Shown in pieces: positions 6,436-14,830 of a stretch of DNA of 32,189 nt (positions are counted from its first letter, which is position 1; every line of letters begins with the position of its first letter). Below the pieces are notes generated by a model. It had not been told where the DNA came from and did not search any database. It worked only from the letters and a program-made list of their open reading frames with translations. The stretch is from an uncultured Pseudomonadales bacterium (lineage in GTDB: Bacteria > Pseudomonadota > Gammaproteobacteria > Pseudomonadales > UBA7239), in assembly GCA_964534675.1 (NCBI GenBank), contig CAZHQZ010000002.1, positions 1 through 32,189 on the forward strand, read 5' to 3'. Made by a program: the position numbers and the translations under genes.

Positions 6436-8118
6436 ATGAAAGAAACAGAGCTAAAGCAGCACTTGCTGCAAAAATTCCCGAAAGAAAATTCTGCGTGTGA
6501 GTGGAAGGAATTCAAGAGTCTGAAACATTCTGTGTTTGGTAATGCAGGCAACGACATCATTAGCTATATTTCCTCCATTGCTAATATGGAAGGTGGTCAT
6601 CTTGTCATTGGTGTTGAAGATGCAGCCCTGAATATTGTCGGCATACAGGAATTTCACAATCACACACCAGACAATATCCGTCAGCGAATACTGGAGCGAT
6701 GCAGCGCCCTGGATTCCGAAGCTTTTCATGTCCAGCCATTCATAACCGATGACACGCAAAAAACTGTCTGGGTTTTCTATATCCCCAAGCATCGACCCCG
6801 CATGCCGGTGTATGCGCATGACAAGGTTTGGCAGCGCCTTGATGATTCGTTAGTGGAAATGCGCGCTGAACGCTTGAATGCCATTCTTGCAGAGCCTATA
6901 GATAACAGTGACTGGACTGCAGAGATTGTAGAAGGTGCGACATTGGCTGATCTTGATCCGGCGGCTATTGCATTGGCAAGAGAAAAATATTCCGAGAAAT
7001 TCAAGACCGCACCCTATGCTGCTGAAATGGCTGGATGGAGTGACGGCACCTTTCTAGACAAGGCCAAAATTACAATCGGTGGAAAAATCACAAGGACCGC
7101 TTTGCTCTTGCTCGGCAAGGCGGAATCCAGTCACTTCCTGCCAACGCTGGCGCAAATCACCTGGAAGCTGGAAGGTGCTGAACGCGCTTACGAGCATTTT
7201 AGCTTGCCATTCCTGATCGCCACCACACAGGTCTTGCACCGCATCCGCAATCTTGCCTACAAGATTTTTCCTCAAGATCAGCTTCTAGCAACCGAAGTCA
7301 GCAAATACGACACGCGCGTAGTGCTTGAAGCATTACACAACTGTATTGCTCACCAGGACTACACGGTGGGAGCGCGGGTGCTTGTTATCGAGCAAACCGA
7401 CAAGCTGGTGTTTGAGAATATGGGTGGTTTTTATGACGGGAAACCGGAAGATTATTTCAGTGGTGACAGAACACCCGGCCGTTACCGCAATCACTGGTTA
7501 ACGCAGGCGATGGTCAATTTGAACATGATTGATACCGTTGGCGATGGCATTCGCACCATGACTCAATCCCAGCGCAGCCGCTACTTTCCTCTGCCGGATT
7601 ACCAGAAATCAACGCGTGACAAAGTGGTGCTGGAAATTTATGGGCATGTCATGGACGAAAACTACACTCGCTTGTTGCTTGCCCAGCGTGATTTGCCATT
7701 AACCACAGTGATTCTGTTGGACCGGGTGCAGAAAAAACTACCTATCACCGACGAGGCGGCCGCCATGCTCCGCAAGGCTGGCCTGATCGAGGGTAGAAAA
7801 CCCAATTACTACACATCCGCTCAAGTAGCCAAAACAGCAGATAGGCAAGCAGAATATATCCACTATCGGGGCTTCAAGGATTCCTACTATAAAGATAAGG
7901 TTATTGCCTACCTGCAACAGTACGGTTCGGCTGACAGGGCGCGGCTGCGGCAGCTGATTCTAGACATGCTTCCGGCAGTATTAGACGAGAAACAGAAGGC
8001 TAACAAGGTGAGAAACCTGCTTCACGCCATGTCCACAAGGGACAAAACCATAGAAAAATCAAAGGGTTTGCCTGTAGGTCACTGGGGGCTCACACAGTCT
8101 AAACATGAAAATATTTAG
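6436..8118 (+). CDS. AlbA_2 (Schlafen-type divergent AAA) / HATPase_c_4 domain protein, COG2865-like putative nucleic-acid-binding regulator
   Basis: The N-terminus EWKEFKS...IISYISSIANMEGGHLVIGVED...IVGI matches the AlbA_2 pattern (E-x-K...FAN-x-GG-x-L-x-GV-D). The central EALHNCIAHQDY matches the EAL-x-NA-x-HRDY region of the RecG-C-terminal-like ATPase domain. The C-terminal region is wHTH-like. Confidence 0.7.
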   Translation: MKETELKQHLLQKFPKENSACEWKEFKSLKHSVFGNAGNDIISYISSIANMEGGHLVIGVEDAALNIVGIQEFHNHTPDNIRQRILERCSALDSEAFHVQPFITDDTQKTVWVFYIPKHRPRMPVYAHDKVWQRLDDSLVEMRAERLNAILAEPIDNSDWTAEIVEGATLADLDPAAIALAREKYSEKFKTAPYAAEMAGWSDGTFLDKAKITIGGKITRTALLLLGKAESSHFLPTLAQITWKLEGAERAYEHFSLPFLIATTQVLHRIRNLAYKIFPQDQLLATEVSKYDTRVVLEALHNCIAHQDYTVGARVLVIEQTDKLVFENMGGFYDGKPEDYFSGDRTPGRYRNHWLTQAMVNLNMIDTVGDGIRTMTQSQRSRYFPLPDYQKSTRDKVVLEIYGHVMDENYTRLLLAQRDLPLTTVILLDRVQKKLPITDEAAAMLRKAGLIEGRKPNYYTSAQVAKTADRQAEYIHYRGFKDSYYKDKVIAYLQQYGSADRARLRQLILDMLPAVLDEKQKANKVRNLLHAMSTRDKTIEKSKGLPVGHWGLTQSKHENI

Positions 8119-8182
8119 ATGGCTTTAGACGAATTTAGACAATGGTTGATAACCAGCCAGAGGCTTACCACATGGATTTACG

Positions 8183-11100
8183 ATGACCCTCCACCTCGAA
8201 ATCAAGTTTGAAGACGACATCTGCAACCACCTCGCAGCCAATGGCTGGCTGTATGCGGAGAAGGATGCCCAGCACTACGATCGCACACGGGCACTCTATC
8301 CTGCCGATGTGATTGCCTGGGTGCAGGCTGCCCAGCCACAGGCTTGGGAAACCCTGAATAAGAATCACGGTGCCAATGCGGAAAACACATTGCTTGATCG
8401 CCTGCGCAAGCAGCTGGATGATCGCGGCACGCTGGATGTGTTGCGCAACGGTATTGAGTTGCTGGGCCTCAAGCAGCCGCTGGCGCTCACCCAGTTCAAA
8501 CCGGCATTGGCCATGAACCCGGACTTGCAGGCACGCTACGCCGCCAACCGCTTGCGTGTGGTGCGACAGGTTCGCTATTCCCTGCACAACGAGAATTCGA
8601 TTGATCTGGTGTTGTTTCTGAACGGCATTCCCGTTGCCACCGTGGAACTGAAAAGCGATTTCACGCAGAGCGTGGAAGATGCGGTGGATCAGTACCGTTT
8701 CGACCGTCACCCCAAACCCAAGGGCCAGCATGCTGCCGAGCCGCTGCTGGACTTTCCGCGCGGGGCGCTCGTGCATTTTGCGGTGAGCAATTCCGAAGCG
8801 CGCATGACCACACGCCTGGCTGGCCCTGCTACCTTCTTCCTGCCGTTCAACCTGGGTGATCACGGCGCTGCCGGTAACCCGGTGAACCCCAACGGCCACA
8901 AGACGGCGTATCTCTGGGAAAGCGTTTGGGCGCGTGATTCCTGGCTGGAAATTATCGGGCGTTATCTCGTGACGAAACGGGATGACAAGAAGCAGATCAC
9001 TTCGATTATTTTTCCGCGCTACCACCAGCTGGATGCCACTCGCCAACTCACAGCGGCAGTACTGGCAGAGGGGCCGGGCCAGAAATACCTGATCCAGCAT
9101 TCGGCAGGCTCTGGCAAAACCAACTCCATCGCCTGGACTGCGCACTTTCTGGCCGATCTACACGACGCTGCCCAGAAAAAGCTGTTTGATTCGGTGTTGG
9201 TGGTGAGTGACCGCACCGTGCTGGATGCACAGTTGCAGGAAGCCATCTTCGATTTCCAGCGCACTACTGGCGTAGTCGCTACCATCAAGGGTGAGGCGCA
9301 AAGCAAGAGCGGCGAATTGGCAGAGGCGCTATCCGGTAACAAGAAAATCATTGTGTGCACCATCCAGACCTTCCCGGCCATTTACAAAAAAATGAGTGAG
9401 ATGGCTTCCAACGAAGGGAAGCGTTTCGCGGTTATTGCCGATGAGGCGCACAGCTCGCAAACCGGCAGCGCTGCCGCCAAGCTGAAACAGGTGCTTTCTG
9501 CAGAAGAAATGCAGGAACTGGAAGACGGTGGCGAATTTAGCGCAGAAGACATGCTGGCGGCACAAATGGCTGCACGGGCGAATGACGCTGGTATCACCTA
9601 CATAGCCTTCACTGCCACCCCCAAGGCCAAGACAATGGAGTTGTTTGGCCGTTTGCCAGACTCGACCAAGCCTGCCGATGAAGGCAATCTCCCCGCGCCG
9701 TTCCATGTGTACTCCATGCGGCAGGCTATCGAGGAGGGTTTCATTCTCGATGTGCTGAAGAACTACACCTCGTACAAACTCGCTTTCAAGCTGGCCAGCG
9801 GTGGCAAGGAGTGGAACGAGAAAGAAGTGGAAAAGAGCGCTGCCATGAAGGGCATCATGCGCTGGGTGCGCCTGCATCCGTACAACATCAGCCAGAAAGT
9901 GCAGGTGGTGGTTGAGCACTTCCGCGAGAATGTGGCACCACTGCTGGGCGGCCGTGCCAAGGCGATGGTCGTGGTGGGCAGTCGCCTAGAAGCCGTGCGC
10001 TGGCAGATCGCCATCAACCAGTACATCAAGTCTTCTGGGTACAAAATAGGCACACTGGTGGCGTTTTCTGGCGAGGTAAACGACAAGGAATCTGGTGACG
10101 AGCCGCTCACGGAAAACAGCAAGCTGTTGAACCCGAACCTGAAAGGTCGCGACATGCGCGAAGCGTTCAAGACCGAGGAATACCAGATTCTGCTCGTTGC
10201 CAACAAATTCCAAACCGGGTTTGACCAGCCATTGTTGTGTGGCATGTATGTGGATAAGCGATTGGGAGGCATCCAGGCCGTGCAGACACTTTCACGCCTG
10301 AACCGCGCCCATCCTGGCAAAGACACCACCTACATTCTCGATTTCGTCAACGAACCAGCCGACATCCTCGCTGCCTTCAAAACCTACTACGAGACCGCCG
10401 AACTGGAGGGGGTGACTGATCCCAATCTGGTATTTGATTTGCGCTCACAGCTCGATGCGGAGGGCCATTACGACGATAACGACATCACGCGTGTCATCAA
10501 GGCCGAGTTCAACCCGAAACCCACTCAATATGAACTCAGTGCCGCCATCGCGCCGGTCGCTGATCGTCTGCTCAAACGCTACAAGGCTGCCAAGATGGAT
10601 TTGGAAGCAGCTCAGGCCAAGGGCGACAAGAACGCCGAACAGGAGGCCGCCAACGCCATCGGTGCTCTGGTTCTGTTCAAGCGTAACATCGGTGTGTTTC
10701 TGCGCGTGTACAGCTTCCTGTCGCAGATCTTTGATTACGGCAATACCGACATCGAGAAGCGCGACATTTGCTACAAACGGTTACTACCGCTGCTGGAGTT
10801 TGGCCGTGAGCGAGATGGTGTTGATCTGTCAAAAGTGACCCTCACCCACCACAAACTGAAAGACAAAGGTATCCAGACCTTGTCATTGAAAGATGGTGAC
10901 AAGCCGACATTGCCGCCAATGGAGGGCGTTGGTAGTGCCGAGGTGCGGGAGCCGGAGAAAATCCTGCTCAATGAAATCATTGCCAAGGTGAATGACCTGT
11001 TCGAGGGCGAGCTCACCGACGACGACAAACTGGTTTATGTGAATAGCGTGCTGAAAGGCAAATTGATGGAATCAGAGGTTCTGAAGCAGCAGGCGCAGAA

Positions 11101-11314
11101 CAACACCAAGGAACAGTTTTCCAATTCGCCGGATCTGGCTGCCGAAATCATGAACGCCATTATGGATGCTCTGCAGGCTCACACGGCCATGAGCAAGCAG
11201 GCCTTGGATTCCGAGAAGGTGCGTGGCGGTCTGAAAGACATTCTTCTGGGGCCTGGGCAGTTGTATGAAATGCTGAAAGATGGGGGTGCCAATACGGTTC
11301 GGCCAGCACTTTGA
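8183..11314 (+). CDS. hsdR: Type I restriction endonuclease subunit HsdR (SF2 helicase/translocase plus nuclease)
   Basis: 1043 aa. The N-terminal HSDR_N-like region has EDDICNHLAANGWLY and DLVLFLNGIPVATVELK (PD-(D/E)xK). Helicase motif I QHSAGSGKTNS, motif II VIADEAHSSQTG, motif III FTATPK, and KFQTGFDQPLL late in the helicase region. Confidence 0.92.
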   Translation: MTLHLEIKFEDDICNHLAANGWLYAEKDAQHYDRTRALYPADVIAWVQAAQPQAWETLNKNHGANAENTLLDRLRKQLDDRGTLDVLRNGIELLGLKQPLALTQFKPALAMNPDLQARYAANRLRVVRQVRYSLHNENSIDLVLFLNGIPVATVELKSDFTQSVEDAVDQYRFDRHPKPKGQHAAEPLLDFPRGALVHFAVSNSEARMTTRLAGPATFFLPFNLGDHGAAGNPVNPNGHKTAYLWESVWARDSWLEIIGRYLVTKRDDKKQITSIIFPRYHQLDATRQLTAAVLAEGPGQKYLIQHSAGSGKTNSIAWTAHFLADLHDAAQKKLFDSVLVVSDRTVLDAQLQEAIFDFQRTTGVVATIKGEAQSKSGELAEALSGNKKIIVCTIQTFPAIYKKMSEMASNEGKRFAVIADEAHSSQTGSAAAKLKQVLSAEEMQELEDGGEFSAEDMLAAQMAARANDAGITYIAFTATPKAKTMELFGRLPDSTKPADEGNLPAPFHVYSMRQAIEEGFILDVLKNYTSYKLAFKLASGGKEWNEKEVEKSAAMKGIMRWVRLHPYNISQKVQVVVEHFRENVAPLLGGRAKAMVVVGSRLEAVRWQIAINQYIKSSGYKIGTLVAFSGEVNDKESGDEPLTENSKLLNPNLKGRDMREAFKTEEYQILLVANKFQTGFDQPLLCGMYVDKRLGGIQAVQTLSRLNRAHPGKDTTYILDFVNEPADILAAFKTYYETAELEGVTDPNLVFDLRSQLDAEGHYDDNDITRVIKAEFNPKPTQYELSAAIAPVADRLLKRYKAAKMDLEAAQAKGDKNAEQEAANAIGALVLFKRNIGVFLRVYSFLSQIFDYGNTDIEKRDICYKRLLPLLEFGRERDGVDLSKVTLTHHKLKDKGIQTLSLKDGDKPTLPPMEGVGSAEVREPEKILLNEIIAKVNDLFEGELTDDDKLVYVNSVLKGKLMESEVLKQQAQNNTKEQFSNSPDLAAEIMNAIMDALQAHTAMSKQALDSEKVRGGLKDILLGPGQLYEMLKDGGANTVRPAL

Positions 11315-11388
11315 AAGCATTATGCTCCATATTTGTAGCGTATATAGGTTTTGTCTATTGATAAAGTCATAAGCTGGTATTAGCTTCT

Positions 11389-12378
11389 ATGGTAGAGGCA
11401 TTATTCAGTGGGTGGCTTATGAACGACAAACTCGACTTCTCCGGCATTACCGATACTACCGCCAGTGAATACTTGAAAATTGGTGAAATGCTGATTCGAA
11501 ATTTTATGGCATCTGATAATAAAAAAACGATGGAGTCTTATGCCAACTGGATTGCGAATACATACATCAATAAATGTGCCGCCAACACATGGAGAAAGTA
11601 CCGCAGAGCTGCTATTTATCATGTCTATATAAAAAAGCCTGAAACTGCAGAGTTTTTACAAAAAATCCTGCTCGATAAAAAACCTGAAGAACGAGTTCGT
11701 GCCAAGCGCCGTAAAAGTAGGAAGAGCTACAGGGAGCAGGATTTCGCGAAACTTTTGCAATATTTGCAACAAAAGGCTGCGGGTAAGCGGTGCAGTTATT
11801 GGTGGCGTCAGGCTGCGGTGACTTTGCAAGCCAACAGTATTGTTGGCTTGAGGCCAAGTGAGTGGATGACCGCTTTTTCACAAGTAATTAATAATGAGAT
11901 TGTTCTGCGGGTCATCAATGCCAAAAACACGCATAACCGGTCGCACGGTTTTTCAAGAACACTGCATATTCCGATTTCAAAAGATAATGATGTGCATGTA
12001 ATTGAAACAAAAATCATCATGACTGGAGATGCTATTCTCAACAAGAGAGCCAAGTCATTTGAGGCCTACGGGGCTACGGTTGCTTCGTATTTATTGCGCG
12101 CCAACAACGCTGTGTTTGGTAAGGATAAGCCGACAATTGCGATTTACTCTACTCGGCATCAGTGTGCTGCCAATTTCAAAGCGGCTGGGCACACAAAAAA
12201 TGAAGTGGCGGCAGTCATGGGGCATGCCTCCAACAAAACAGCGGGCAGGCATTACGGCAGGAAAAGTAGGGGCAGGCGCGTGGCTAACTTGCCTACGCCA
12301 TCGCTTGATGACATGAGTAGGGTTGCTGCGATAAATAATTCGGTGGCCGCATCCGTATCGTTTTCTCTTGGGATGTAG
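11389..12378 (+). CDS. Tyrosine recombinase / phage-type integrase family protein
   Basis: The C-terminal catalytic-domain pattern is GLRPSEW (Arg I), YSTRHQCAANF (Arg II region), and VMGHASNKTAGRHYGR (His...Tyr nucleophile). The start is uncertain: ATG at 11389 or ATG at 11419 (MNDKLDF). Confidence 0.7.
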   Translation: MVEALFSGWLMNDKLDFSGITDTTASEYLKIGEMLIRNFMASDNKKTMESYANWIANTYINKCAANTWRKYRRAAIYHVYIKKPETAEFLQKILLDKKPEERVRAKRRKSRKSYREQDFAKLLQYLQQKAAGKRCSYWWRQAAVTLQANSIVGLRPSEWMTAFSQVINNEIVLRVINAKNTHNRSHGFSRTLHIPISKDNDVHVIETKIIMTGDAILNKRAKSFEAYGATVASYLLRANNAVFGKDKPTIAIYSTRHQCAANFKAAGHTKNEVAAVMGHASNKTAGRHYGRKSRGRRVANLPTPSLDDMSRVAAINNSVAASVSFSLGM

Positions 12379-12391
12379 TCTGGAATTCATC

Positions 12392-12408
12392 GAGGGTAGA
12401 TTACCCTC
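12392..12408. terminator. Hairpin between the convergent integrase and glycosyltransferase genes
   Basis: GAGGGTA-gat-TACCCTC, a 7-bp perfect stem that overlaps the glycosyltransferase stop codon. There is no clear U-tract on either strand, so function as a terminator is uncertain. Confidence 0.3.
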
Positions 12409-14485
12409 CTGATCTTGCCCCAGTTTCTCGGATGGTTGGCAAAAAACCATAGAATGCGTGGTAGAGACTTTTCTTGTTTAAATAGTCGTCTAGACAAGTA
12501 AACTCTTGCTCCAAATCCTTTCTCAAATACCCTGGGATTACCAACAAGTCTACTTCTTGACAGATATCAATACGCCCATTTAATGAGGTTGAAATACCAT
12601 CCCACGTATTCATCTCCCCCTCAATAAAGCATTGCAACATCTTTTTTGGCGAAGCAGGCTCATAAGAAGTTTTTCCACGGCAGAAAATATCGGTAATGAC
12701 ATAAGGTCCATGCGTAAGTGCTGCTTCCTTACCTCTTCTATGCATGCTCTGTACCACAACCTCCCCTAATAATTCTGGTTGCCTAGTAATGATAAGATGG
12801 TAAATAGAGTAATGGACGTGATATTCATTCAAGAAACTTATTTGACCCAAGCCGTATTCTTTAAATGGCGGATAATCCCTATAGTCTTTGTCGGATGTTT
12901 TCCACTCCCAGTACTTGTCGATTTCACAATTAAAAATCCGAAGAATATTAGACTTTTGTTTTGCGTACAAAATGCCTAATTCAATACCATCTTTTGCTTC
13001 TTCAAAATAATTATGTCCTTCCTCATCCTTACGAGTAAATGTTACGTTTGTATGGCCAGCCAATGAAGCACCTGCTGAGCAAATAAGTTTCTTGTATAAG
13101 GACACGTCTTCAAAATCATGCCTGAGAAAAATAGTACTCGTATCTAGATAAACGCCACCATATTTTTCTAAAAGTCTAAGCCTAATAATGTCACTATGAT
13201 TTCCATTCTGAACACTAGGATCGCTAGCCTTCTCTATTAGTTGATGAAAGTATGGTGGGAGGGATATGTAGTTTTCAATATAATCAGGCGCGCGCTTGTC
13301 TAACGTAGTAACGATAACAATCCAATCACTGTTGCTTAGCCTAGTCTCTAAATTTCTTATGTTTAAGGCATGACCGATAGGCATGTCCTCTTTAGAGGAG
13401 TGCCAGTACAAGAAAACCACTTTTTTATTTTTCAATCTATCACTGTTCTTAATTCGGTTTAACGCATAATCGACATCTGCGTTTTCGAATTGATTCATAT
13501 CCTTAATGCCTCCAAAGTCAACCAGGCATTTGCTCTGAACAACTTCAAAGTTTCGACTTGTTGTTGGTTGCCAAATATTAAAATACTTAGTCTCAGGGTA
13601 GATAGCGACAACACCTTTATTTAGCACCTTAGAAACATGGACAAGAGATGTGTCTACTGAGATCAATAGTCCTGATTTGCGAATGATCGGAATAACACTT
13701 TCAAAATTTGTTATTCCTTTTGCCAAATCAACATTAGGTAAACTCAAGTCGTCAACCAACTGTGAGGCTGGCAGTAAAGAATTAGGAGAGTGCATAACGC
13801 CAAAGCTACTATCGCGATGAGACGTCGCTAGGTGCCTTATAAGAGACTTGGTTTTTTCGATAGCAAGAGACTTATCATTACGACTCCCGTAAGGGTTGAT
13901 AAGAAAATCATAACTTTTGGAAAAACAGTCGTTCTCTACACAAAGTGAAGCTCCAATCAAATTGTTGTTCCCGCTGACTACCATATCGACAACCGACTGG
14001 TAGATTCCGTAGATATCATTGTGTTTCGACTTATCTATGAATGCCTTGCTTGACATCTTTAAGGTGCTATCTGTGCTAAAAATAACTCGAGGGTTCAAGA
14101 GAAACGCACACAAAACATCCATAACCCCAAGCTTGCCAAAGAGTGGGACAACTGCATCACACCTTTTTACATTGAATGTGATCTTAACTAGATCAAGCCA
14201 TCCAAAATTCTTCTCAATTACGTGAATAGAGTCTACTTGTATCAGCGAACAATAGAGCGTACGCAGTGGTTCGTTGGTAATCACGCTAACTCTTATGCCG
14301 CAGCGAGAGGTTAGGAATTCGATGATGGGGGCTGAAGCGATAGCGTCACCGTACTTACCATTCCAGTTAACGAAAACAACATGCCTGACATTGCTGTCTT
14401 TTTTCGCAAGCCGCTTTTTGAATACAAATAACCAATCAAGAAGCCGTATCAGGAGCTCACTAAGCGCAGGCAATAAGGTCATCAT
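12401..14485 (-). CDS. Two-domain glycosyltransferase: N-terminal GT9 (heptosyltransferase-like) fused to a C-terminal Caps_synth/GT32-like domain
   Basis: In the N-terminal half, HVVFVNWNGKYGDAIASAPIIEFL and LLISVDTSLVHVSKVLNKGVVAIY parallel the GT9 motifs (..LGD....P....L and ..DSG..HLA.A...P.VALF). In the C-terminal half, VVFLYWHS...SDIIRLRLLEKYGGVYLDTSTIFL matches the capsular-polysaccharide-synthesis family motif (SD..R..LL.kyGG.w.DaT). The gene is markedly AT-rich. Confidence 0.6.
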   Translation of the reverse strand: MMTLLPALSELLIRLLDWLFVFKKRLAKKDSNVRHVVFVNWNGKYGDAIASAPIIEFLTSRCGIRVSVITNEPLRTLYCSLIQVDSIHVIEKNFGWLDLVKITFNVKRCDAVVPLFGKLGVMDVLCAFLLNPRVIFSTDSTLKMSSKAFIDKSKHNDIYGIYQSVVDMVVSGNNNLIGASLCVENDCFSKSYDFLINPYGSRNDKSLAIEKTKSLIRHLATSHRDSSFGVMHSPNSLLPASQLVDDLSLPNVDLAKGITNFESVIPIIRKSGLLISVDTSLVHVSKVLNKGVVAIYPETKYFNIWQPTTSRNFEVVQSKCLVDFGGIKDMNQFENADVDYALNRIKNSDRLKNKKVVFLYWHSSKEDMPIGHALNIRNLETRLSNSDWIVIVTTLDKRAPDYIENYISLPPYFHQLIEKASDPSVQNGNHSDIIRLRLLEKYGGVYLDTSTIFLRHDFEDVSLYKKLICSAGASLAGHTNVTFTRKDEEGHNYFEEAKDGIELGILYAKQKSNILRIFNCEIDKYWEWKTSDKDYRDYPPFKEYGLGQISFLNEYHVHYSIYHLIITRQPELLGEVVVQSMHRRGKEAALTHGPYVITDIFCRGKTSYEPASPKKMLQCFIEGEMNTWDGISTSLNGRIDICQEVDLLVIPGYLRKDLEQEFTCLDDYLNKKSLYHAFYGFLPTIRETGARSGG
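12409..12443 (-). mobile_element. Possible degenerate relic of an IS3-family right terminal repeat
   Basis: CTGATCTTGCC (12409-12419) is identical to the first 11 nt of the IS terminus at 18418 and 24260. Farther in, TTTCTCG matches the same position in the reverse-complemented end at 167. Roughly two thirds identity over ~35 nt by eye. It lies inside the last codons of the glycosyltransferase ORF. Confidence 0.3.
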
Positions 14486-14830
14486 TTAGAGCTAGTCACG
14501 GTTATTTGGATGTTTTTTCTGGCCGATAAGTGGACGCCTGCGGGTAGCTGTCCAGCCCCGGACGATTAATTACGTGTCTATTGAATAATGCGAGCTTGTG
14601 TCGCTGCCACTTCTTGATTATAAAAAATCAACCACCTGCAGAGTCGTCTGGCAATGTTTGTCTATGCCGTGTGAATTTGTCAGGAGATTACCTATAACAA
14701 AATCTCGCATACCGTGGCAAGTTTCATGATGAGATGATAAATATGATCATGCGGAGCTAGACACCGTCTTTGGCTCGGATCGCCTATAGTCGGCAAGAAG
14801 GATATAAATGCGTTCTCGACAGAGGTTCTG

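Noticed and set aside
6134-6439. 101-codon ORF overlapping the zinc-ribbon half of the HEPN-like gene
   Set aside because: It is out of frame with the ORF that carries the regular CxxC spacing, and it has no start context. It is most likely spurious.
8165-9145. 326-codon minus-strand ORF, plus other antisense ORFs at 9019-10329 and 10771-11320, within hsdR
   Set aside because: All are antisense or out of frame relative to a full-length HsdR carrying all the helicase motifs. None shows any motif.
14614-14631. TTGATT-N6-AATCAA palindrome with a TATAAT on the minus strand, considered as a promoter for the glycosyltransferase gene
   Set aside because: The -10 hexamer is perfect, but I could find no acceptable -35 at 16-18-nt spacing. 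That is too weak to list as a feature.
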